This document shows, one piece after another, positions 54,395 to 64,000 of a stretch of DNA of 64,000 nucleotides. Made by a program: the position numbers and the translations under genes. The DNA comes from Gnetum montanum (taxonomy: Eukaryota; Plantae; Gnetophyta): positions 240,710 to 304,709 of the forward strand of contig MNCI01001186.1 in the NCBI GenBank assembly GCA_015680685.1, given 5' to 3'. The stretch's first letter is position 1. The number at the start of each line of letters is the position of its first letter. The notes under the pieces are model-generated. The model did not search any database and was not told the origin of the DNA. It worked only from the letters and a program-made list of their open reading frames with translations.

Positions 54395-56304
54395 TTAATA
54401 AATGACGACTGGGATCCTTGCATTTTGAAAGTATTTTGGCTTGGTCATATTTACTCCATCAGGTTTCACACACTTGATTATAATAAGCATAGTGGAGCAA
54501 TTTATACTATGTAGTTCCCAGATAATGAGTTGACTTGCTATGATATTTGTGACCATTAAATGGTATGCAAGGATTGGGATGCTACTCTCCATTTTTGTGT
54601 TCCATGGGCAGTATGATTGTTGGAGTGTGAGTTGGTGGTCCTGATGAAGTTACATGAGGCATTGGGTTCAAAGGTAATGGTGCACCACACTGTGGGACTT
54701 ATGCTGGGTTGGAAGATGCAGTGGCCTCGGAATTGTGTTGTCCCTTCTTACAGCCGTGTTTAAAGAAGGGGCTCTTTTGATGTTGAGGGGGCCTCCCACT
54801 GTTGTTAGTACTATTAGAACAAGTGTCATTCATGGGTTGTTGTTGTGGTGTAGGCATCTTAGGAACAATTAGTAGTGATGTAGAAGGAGGAAAAGAATAA
54901 GAATGCTAAAAGTTAGAAGCTGTATAAGATACACAAGGTGGTGGTTGTGTTGGAGGCATGGGTTGATAGTATTCTGAAGAATGGTACTGTGGTGACATAG
55001 AGTATGTTGGCTTAGTTGGAGAAACAGGATGTTGAACAAGATAAGCGTTTGGATTTGGATGATATGAAGGGTGTCTCTAGTCTAAGGGTGGATTCCCCCA
55101 CAACTAGGGTTGTTGTCACTGTGATCGAACATAGTATCTCTGTACGAACTCTAGATGTAACATGTTTTCTCAATGCTCATGTAAATGTAACAATATTGGG
55201 CATTGGCCCTTGGGGTGATCATACAGGCATATGTTGCATTCATACGTATGATTGGTAGTTGAGCTCTTAGTTTCTTTATCCCTTCTTTTCGATTGTCTAA
55301 TGTTTTGTCCTGCTTCTTGGGTTGTTAAAACTCTATCTCCATTAATGTTGATGAATTCTCCACACGTTTGATACGTCCATTCCAACATTTTATTAATCTT
55401 TGCCTCAACCTCTTCTAATGTTTGTTGTGCTAGCAAAGATGATGTTTCCACCTTGAGATTGGTTGATCTCTCCTTTTTATGATCATGGACCTTTGTTAAG
55501 TTGAAGTTTTGGTCTCGTTGATGTTTTTCAACACTCTCCCATCTAGCTAATTCTCCTTCTTCTTTTGTTACCTACTTAATAAGCTCTTGGACTTGATGGG
55601 TTTGTAGTTCGTATAATTAACCTTAGGGCATACATTCCTAAGGTCTCTCTTGTTTCATTACGTAGCCCATCAATGATATGGTACATTAGCCTTTCCTTGG
55701 AAAACCCATGGCCTGGATAGTTGTTTAACAGTGCATAATATCTTTCTAAGGCCATGTCCAAGGGTTCATGTTGTGCTTGTTTCCATCCTTGGATTTGTTT
55801 CCTCAAGGCTGACACTCTTGCATAGATTTGATACTTTTTGTTAAAAACTTCTATCATTGTTGACCAACGTCATATCGAATTTGGGTTTAATGATCTATAC
55901 CATACTTTTGCTTGGTCAATGAGTGTCATAGGAAAGAGCTTAAGTCTTTGCCAACCATTATCAATGTTATTCCATGTGCAGGCATCGTAGAAGGCTTGTA
56001 AATGTTGATGTGGATCTAAGTCATAGCCTCCTAAAAATTTAGGAAAGTTGTTTAAATTAAGCCTAGGTAGACGACTCTCTTTACGATGCCTATGTGAGAT
56101 TCAAACAGCTTCTTGTATTTGCATTAGGCTTGTAGGGGCCAGTATGGGTTCATCATCATTGGGTAAGTTATGCTTTTGTGTGTTGGGATGAAGTTTTTTT
56201 TTGTTCTTTTTTATAAGGAACCCCCACTTCGGGTTGTGTACTCTAATCTTCATCGTTATATAGTTCGTTGGTTCTCCAATGAGCTTCCTCACTAGGTGTG
56301 CCAT
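54395..56304 (-). pseudogene. gag: Athila gag (disrupted)
   Basis: LRKQIQGWKQAQHEPLDMALERYYALLNNYPGHGF...IIDGLRNETRETL (retrotransposon gag domain), then a Cys/His cluster CNICLYDHPKGQC. Confidence 0.9.
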
Positions 56305-58249
56305 TATTATAATCTTGTAGGAGAGGCATTGTTGTGTGTGAATTTATGTGACTTTTTATAATTACTTATTTCTAAGAGATATATTGGTAAGTCCTTTTAT
56401 AGAAACCTTGTATGATATAACTAATCTAGATAACTAGCACCATCCTTGACAATGACGCCCATGATGAGTGGCGAGGTACCCCTACACTCAACCATACGAA
56501 TACGAGCGTTACACGCGCGATCCAGGTGAACTTTGCAGATGGACTAGTTGTGGCACCTAGATAGTTAGCCTTAGGTTACAATTTGCTATCTTCCCATCTA
56601 GACTAGTATTATCTTTTCACGTATGGTTTAGTCTAGAGTGAGGTGTATGATGTGTTCTAACCTAATGCTACTCTTAAAGGTAATGGAAAATAAGATTAAC
56701 TAAGCTAGGAGGAAAAGGGTAAGAGAATCTAAACTAGCCTAAGTGCGATGACCATCCATTCCTTAATTATTTGTACACATCTTGGACTTCTTGCACGACT
56801 ACCACTGGGATTACCAAGCGCAGATCCTAGGTATGCTACTGGGTTACCAAGTAGTCACACTTAAATGCTTGTAATCAAGTCGTACTCATTCCATGTTATA
56901 ACGTGAGTTTAAGGGTGAGAGAGACTAATTACGAAAGCAGTAAATAACAATTAAATAAATAAATAAATAAAGTAAATGTTGCAATGATGAAGTAATCTCA
57001 ATCTTTATTGCCGGTCATGTGTGTATCCAAGTACGTCACACTCGAATAAAGGATGTCATACAATTACATTCATCACACTGCGGGCATACATAGGAAAATA
57101 ATCTATCTCTAGAGGGATCAAACTACCAGAGTTTTGCTACTGTATAACTCTAATCTCTAATGTCTGAAACAAGGGAGAGCCGCCTCTTATTTATAGAACT
57201 AGCGACGGATTGCGATATCGTAGGGGATGACGCGATATTGCATACGCAATATCGTGGGGGATGCGATATCACAGTTGATGTGATATCGCGTACACAATAT
57301 TTCGGCCTATGCGATATCACGTCCCATCACTCTATGATAACAAAAAATGATCAATGTTTTTAAGTTATTTTAATTATTGTAATTATTAGTTACCATAATG
57401 TTTGAAAATGAGGTGTTAGAAAAATTTTTAAAAAAATCACATTTTTAGCCCCCATGACAAATAAGCTTAACTCCATAAGCTTACAAGTTTTTGAACAATT
57501 AAAATCAAAGGTTTGCTTCACAAATGCACTAGAATATTGAAAATCATAAGGTTTAAAAATGACCAAGAAATATTTAATTTGGAGGGTAGTTCAATATAAA
57601 AGCATTAAAAATTAATCAAAATTGATAAGTAGTCTTAAAATAATGCATAAACTTAAAGAAGTTGTCCATGATATCCTTGAAGATGTGATGTTTAGGTTTA
57701 GAGACATGATCAAAAAAATTCATGCAAGTGGGTCCCCCCTAAAGCAAGATCCTACCATAATGCCCTTGTATAACCACTCCTATAGATTATGTGGATACCT
57801 TAGAAGTTAAATGTAAAGCATGTTAACTTATACATGGGCTTTACATTTAACTTATACAATAAATGTAAAGGATTCCAACCAAGGTAGTTGTTATACATTT
57901 ATGGTTGCCCATGATCAATAAATGTAAAGCTCTTACTTATACAATATTTTTGGTTGTATGACTACCTATAACTACATAGTAAATAAGGAAATCTCCTGGG
58001 CATTTTCTTTTCCATGGACTTAAGATTTAAAGAAAAAGCTCTAGGCTCTTGTATAGGTAACATAACTTGGCAATATCCTTTTGGATGTTCATATTAATAG
58101 ATGTTACAACTATCCTTCTCCTTTGAATTTCAATCTACTACCTCTTCTACTATAGTTACTTTCCCTTTTTATTGATAAGTATCCTTTCCTATTTTCTTAA
58201 TTTTTTTCTTTTCTTATCTTGATCAGTTAATCCTACTTGTTGTGCCTTC

Positions 58250-59100
58250 TCCTTTATGATTTTCAAGTTGCTTGTAACTTTTTCATCCATTAATTCTCAT
58301 ATCTTATTTATTCATACTTCAATCTCAATGATAGACTTTTGTATTGGTAAAATTTTATGTGATATCATCTCATCAAGAGCTACCTCTTCTTCTTGATCAC
58401 AAATATGGATCTCCTTTTTTGGAAGAGTCAAATCCTAGTTATATTTCTCTATTTTGCTTTATTTTGCATAGCTCTCCTTCTCTTGCAACCTATTAAGTTA
58501 GCCTTTATATTTGATGGGCTTTCAGCTTTGTTAATCTTCCCTAAGTATAGATCCCAAGGGTCTCCCTCATTTTATTATGAATCCAATCTATGATGTTATA
58601 AAGCTTCTCTTTTTAAGAAAATCCATGGCTTGGACATCTATGTAGTAGAGAATAGTATCAACCCAAGGCTACATGAAGGGATTTATTATTCTTGTAGTTC
58701 TATCCTTTGATTTGTTTTTTAAATTAGATGCTCTTGAATAGATTTGGTATTTTTCATTGAAGATCTTAAGCATTATAGACCACCAGTGGATTGAATTTAG
58801 TTCCAAGGATTTACACCAAAGTTTAGCTACTTCTATTAGTATCCTAAAAAAGAGCTTAAGCTTTTGTGACTTACTTTTAATATTTTGTAAGGCACAAGCA
58901 TCATGGAATACTTGTAAATATTATTCATAATTTTAGCCTCCCTTAAGTTTAGGAATATTATTCATATCAAGTCATTTGATGCAACTTTCCCTTTGATACC
59001 TATGAGTTATTCTAATCGCCTTCCTAATTTATATCACACTTCTAGTATCTAACAAGGATTCATAATTATCAGACATGTTGTAGTAATAATTTCTATTTCT
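58250..59100 (-). pseudogene. gag: Athila gag remnant of the older host element
   Basis: MNNIPKLKGG..YLQVFHDACALQNIKS..KLKLF, homologous to the other gag copies. Confidence 0.75.
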
Positions 59101-60204
59101 ATTTATCCGATTGTGATGGTCTCGTCTATGCTTCCTTTGGTATCTTATACCCTATCATTGATTCTTATTTCTATCTCTATCTTGATCCCTTAGGAGAGCT
59201 ATATCTCCATAACTACATTCATCTTTATTAGAACTAGATGATGAAGATTAAGAGAAAGATGATGAACTAGAAGAATTTTCATGGCTCTTATATCTCTGGT
59301 GTAGGAACATCTCTTTAGATCACCTTGTTCTACCCTACATGAATGTTTCGCAAGATTTGGGCTTGAAGAAGACATGGATGTGTATGTCTTGTTAATATGT
59401 GCCTTCTTACATTGATTTTTTTATGCTAATTCTTGAATGTTTTGGCATGATTTAGGATATTTTTGACTCCTTTTGATGAGTTTAGGAGGTTCCAAGGTCT
59501 ATGGGGACTTGTTTGGAGGTATTGGGAGGTTCTAGACATCAAAACAAACATTTTTGTATCAATCCCTAGTAGGTGAGACGTTCCATTAAAAACTAGAACG
59601 TCCCAAGTATGCATATGACATCTTGGGTGTGATGTCCCATCAGAACCTAAGAAGTCTTGGGCCCAAATGAGACATCTAGGAAAAATAGTATATGTCTCAA
59701 TTGAGAGTTTGGTTTTCAAAGGAGACATCCTTGCAAGATCACAGAAAATCTAGATAGATGGGGAAACTCTTGAAAATGTCCATCCCAATTTTCGAAATAT
59801 CTTGAATGTGATGGAAAAAGATGAAAATAGTTGACGAGAAGGTAAGAAGACTTGGAAAATATCTAGAAAATCTCATGATGAGTTGAGGAAAGATTTCTAG
59901 GATTCTCATCTTCTGATTTAACATAAATATTGATGTATTCATCATTTTTAATGAATTTAAGAACTGAGAGAAAGAGCTCTTAAGAGTGGAAAGCTAAATA
60001 AGAGAGAGTGGATGAGCACATTAGATGAGTGCAATTGGAAATTGTAGCTCCATGATTAACTTGTGGTGTGTTGGTCTATGTGTTCTATTATCTTGTACAG
60101 ATATTTGACATGGCATGTTGGGGCCTGATATTGGGTATCTGATATCATAGCTTCAATATCAGGGCCAATCAAAACATGACTCATCAATGACCTTTGCTAC
60201 CATA

Positions 60205-60792
60205 GGTTATCTAACTATCTTAGATATATATTTATCATATAGATCTATAAATTTGCTGAGAGCATCTCTTCTCTCTTTGAAAAATCAAGTCTTACCATCA
60301 AATATTCCTACTTATGAGTGAGGAAAAAGATTTCAAAAATTAAATCTTTCATACTCTTTACATGAAAAACAAGATTTCTAACTTAAATGTTTAGGATCTC
60401 TTCTTGAAGAAGAAGATTCTTTCATTCCACCATAGTAAATTCTATCTCTTGGTTGAATTTTGAGTGCTTGAGAAGCATAAGAAAAAGAAGAAATTTGGCT
60501 AAGAGGAAGAAAGTACCAAGATAGAATGCATAAATCTTCTTCCTTGAGAAGAGATCCTAAAAGATTTGAGTTAGAAATCTTGTTTTTCATCTAGAGATTG
60601 TGAAAGATTCATTTTTTGAATATTATTCCTAATCCAAAGATCATAAAAGATTCATTTTTTGAAATCTTGTTCCTTGTCCATAAGTCAAGAATATTTGATA
60701 GTAAGACTTGATTTTTCAAAGAGGGAAAAGATCCTCTTAGAAAAATTATAAAAATATATATAATAAATATATATCTAAGTTAGTGATTGCCA
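60205..60792. mobile_element. Mutator-like foldback MITE with long TIRs
   Basis: Arm ~60205-60435 is an inverted copy of ~60520-60791; flanks GCTACCATA / GCCACCACA form a 9-bp TSD with two C>T differences. Confidence 0.75.
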
Positions 60793-60999
60793 GCCACCAC
60801 AAAATAAAGAAAACCTCAATTAAAAAATTTGTATTATTATAAATAAACAATTTTTTATATTAAATACCACATACAAATCAATTATATAAAGTGTAAAATA
60901 TTTTTAATATAAAATTTATCAATGCAAATAAAATCATTTATAATAATACTAAGTTCTCTAATACAATAAAGACTTGATGATTATTCATATATCAATGAC

Positions 61000-63450
61000 A
61001 AAAACACATGTAACATGAAAAGAGTAAAATTGTATCTCATTTATCCTAATGCACTGTTCTTTAGTAAGTCTTCTTTGAAGGCTTCAAGCATTAGAAATCT
61101 TGTAATATCTTTTCTTGGAAATTGAAAAATTTTCTTTTAGATAATCAAACTATTTTACTCTAGAAAGTTTCATAAATGTAAGATCTCTAATCAATATAAT
61201 AGATGTACCTCTAAAATAATTGATGAAGCGCTAAACAGTCGATGCGTCAACTAGGCCGCGTATACGAGGCCCCATATACGCAGCCTCGTCGACGTGGCCC
61301 TGTCGATGCATTTGTCCATGCGTCTACATGGCCCCATTTATGCAGAGCTTGTTCTAGCCTATAAATAAGTGTGCTTCTGCCACACTTAGGTACCTTTTTG
61401 GCAGTTGTAGCGAAGCTCTTGCAGTTTGTTTACGCAAGATTTAGAATCTTTTCCAAGTGCCTGCAGTAGGTGTGAGAAAGGTGTCTGGCTCTTTATTCGA
61501 GCACTGATGTACCTGAGCCCATTGGCATGAACGACAATAAAGATGAGCTTTTCAAGCATTCCTTGCAGCAATTGGACTTAGTCATTTAATGCATTTAATA
61601 GTTTAATATTTATATGCTTTAATAATTCCTTAAGTTTTCATTATTATTACTTAAATTGTCATCGCTCTTTTATAGTTTGCAGAAACCATAAGTACGACCA
61701 TCTCGAACATAAACCCAACACTTGGCAACCCAATGACGCTTAACATCTGGTAACCTAGTAGTGGTTAGGGGATGCTCAGGATGTGCACAGAAGATGGGAT
61801 CGGACACTTATGCTAGGAAGAGTTAAGATATAGATTAGGATAATTATAGATTACATAATATTCCATTCCTTATAGTCCATTTCAATACTTAGATGTTAGA
61901 AGATAAAGTAAAAAAAATCATAAAAATAATTTGCCTCAATCTCGCTTAACCATCGCAATTAGAACATCACAAGTGAGGTTGGGAAGACAATGACCATTCT
62001 AACACAAGGTTTTCCTGGTTGGGGTTTGATGTATGCGAAGTGCTTACAGTCTACAAAATTCGACCGAGTCACGTGTGAACGCTCGTGATTTGCATGGTTA
62101 GGTGTAGGGGTACCTAGTCACTCATCAATAATCTTCTCAATAACTCAAGAAATATCTCTTTCAGCCTTGTATCAATATTATAGAGCAACTTACCTCCTAT
62201 AAATTTCATTTTGTCTTATATATTTATATTTATTTTGTAGTGATGCCAATGCATATGCAACAAGTGGTTTGTACCCTCTTATTCCAAGTTTTAATGCAAA
62301 ATGTATTTTTTCTACATTAATATTGTATGCTATAGTGCCAATAGGAGCAAGTACTAATAAGCTACTCTTATGTGAAAAGCAACTCTTTGAGAATTCTTTG
62401 CAGATGACATTAATTAGGTGCGATTTCCTAATCGCACAATACATTGACTTATCATCAATAATGAATTAACATTAACATTTTCAAACTTGCAATGCAAGTA
62501 GGCAATAATAATTTTATATCATTTTCTTTGTTGAACATCCAATGAAGATACACTTACTACAATACATCATTCTCTAAATGCATTTTAATTCAATGTGATT
62601 TATGACTGTGCATGAAATATTTAGAAATATTTGCAACATCTTCTCTAGGAACCCTACCAATCATATCCCTTATCTCCATTCCGTAATCCAAGCATCTCAA
62701 GTTCACTTCCTTGAAAATAAGCATATGATAGCAAATGTGAATTTAGTATCTCAAATTCATATTCCAAATTGAAGTACATCTTTATACTAATATTTCTCTA
62801 TATATGCACATTAAAAATCTTCATCAAGGTTTTCTTCATATACCTCAAAATTATGTTAAATAAATAATCACTTCTATTTAATTTCTTCATTAGTTCTACC
62901 AAGATCACTTCTAATATCTCTAAATAGATAATGCAATAGTAATTGATACTATCAGTAATATATCCATCTTTCTTCGTGCCTCCTTAGAGGAACTAAAAAT
63001 AAAAAATAAGTTCTAACAATAATAGGTATTTCTTGTAGGTTCTATGATGACTTATAGTATCTCCTAACATTAAGCAAGAATACTTCTTCCAAATGAGTCT
63101 TTTATATGTATTCATTGCATTGTCATTTGGGCCCTCTAAGTTTATAATTTGAAGTAACATATCTTGCAAGAATTTTGATTTCTTTTTATACTTTGTTATA
63201 TACTTAATGATGTACTTAACAATGATGTATTTATTAAGAACAATTTAAAATTTCATCTTGACTCTTCATATATCCAAGATTATTTTGTTATGAATATTCA
63301 ATTTATCATCATTCCTTTGTGGTTCATATTTTATCTCATTATTGTTGTTTAAATCTTGAAAGAGTTTAGATTGTAATCACAACATTCATGGAGCATTATA
63401 CTTGAGAACCATGGTAGTTCAACTAATGTTGCCTTCTTAGAAAAATGAAT
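61000..63450 (-). mobile_element. Helitron RepHel remnant (Rep C-terminal part and PIF1 helicase), split by a solo LTR
   Basis: EPQRNDDKLNIHNKIILDI*RVKMKF*IVL..YIIKYITK (Rep), QLLLHYLFRDI, RKSHLI...LLVLAPIGTIAYNINVEKIHFAL (PIF1 I/Ia), FRGTSIILIRDL (motif III), LSRVK (motif VI). Confidence 0.85.
61221..62127 (+). mobile_element. Athila-type solo LTR
   Basis: TGATGA...CTCATCA termini; perfect TSD ATAAT (61216-61220, 62128-62132); TATAAATA at ~61360; family U5 end. Confidence 0.92.
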
Positions 63451-64000
63451 ATCTTAGATGTAAAAGGAAAAACATAATTTAAAAAAAATATTTATCTAGA
63501 AGTTAGAAATGAATTACCAAGTTTTTTCATAATATTTGGAACAAGTTAACAAAATTTGCAACTATAATATTCCATCTATGTCTAAGGTGCTCAAATATTG
63601 CAAAAAAAAATGTACTATTGAATATTCTATTTTATCAAGCCATAAATTCCTTATGAAACTATCCTTTATTTTTGGTTGCTATCATCACTTTTTTAGAGTA
63701 TCTATTTAATGAGAAATAAAAAAATTACAAGTATAAGCTATAAATTGATAAATAGCTTCAACTTCTAAGGATACTTAGGGAACATAAAATTATATTATGT
63801 ATATCTCTTTACTTTGAATTTATCGAGCAAGAAAGGTTCCTAAATTTTCTTTATTTATTATAAAAAATTATTTGCTAGAATTGGACCTTATCCAATAGAC
63901 CCATAAAGAATAGTTGGGTGAAGAATGGTATGATAAATTTGTTTATTAAATAATCCAAGCTTAAATATATTCCTCTTACATTTTCTTTTCAAAGTAAATA

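Larger units (their letters stand above)
48624..57329 (-). mobile_element. Complete, relatively young non-autonomous Athila element (gag + env-like ORF, no pol)
   Basis: LTRs 48624-49475 and 56462-57329; perfect TSD CTCTA (48619-48623, 57330-57334); Asp-type PBS at ~56443-56461; PPT at ~49476-49484. Confidence 0.93.

Noticed and set aside
47545-60186. Pairing the 47545 LTR with the LTR-like end at 60186 as one element
   Set aside because: Flanks TCTAT and ATGAC do not form a TSD, and similarity is weak.

Overview
This AT-rich, CpG-depleted window looks like land-plant heterochromatin; the Athila, L1 and Helitron subtypes fit a vascular plant, but the species cannot be determined. No intact host gene is present, and almost everything is nested, C>T/G>A-decayed transposable element. 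Athila-type Ty3/Gypsy elements include gag-pol remnants, several LTRs, a TSD-flanked solo LTR at 61221-62127, and a young, complete, TSD-flanked pol-less element at 48624-57329. That element carries gag plus an env-like ORF with its own internal promoter and splice acceptor. Also present are two TSD-flanked non-autonomous tRNA-Met-primed LTR elements (20895-25998, 32575-36861), three L1 LINE remnants, a Copia RNase H remnant, tRNA-like SINE-type repeats, a Mutator-like foldback MITE and a Helitron RepHel remnant. The most unusual feature is a 3.75-kb solo-LTR-like element (14735-18481, TGTTGGCA...TGCCAACA, near-perfect 5-bp TSD). Its 5' half is a same-strand mosaic of fragments from at least three unrelated host genes: a MEB-like/VIT1 membrane protein, a PB1-domain protein and HMG-CoA reductase. 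All protein assignments come from manual translation and recalled family motifs, not database searches.
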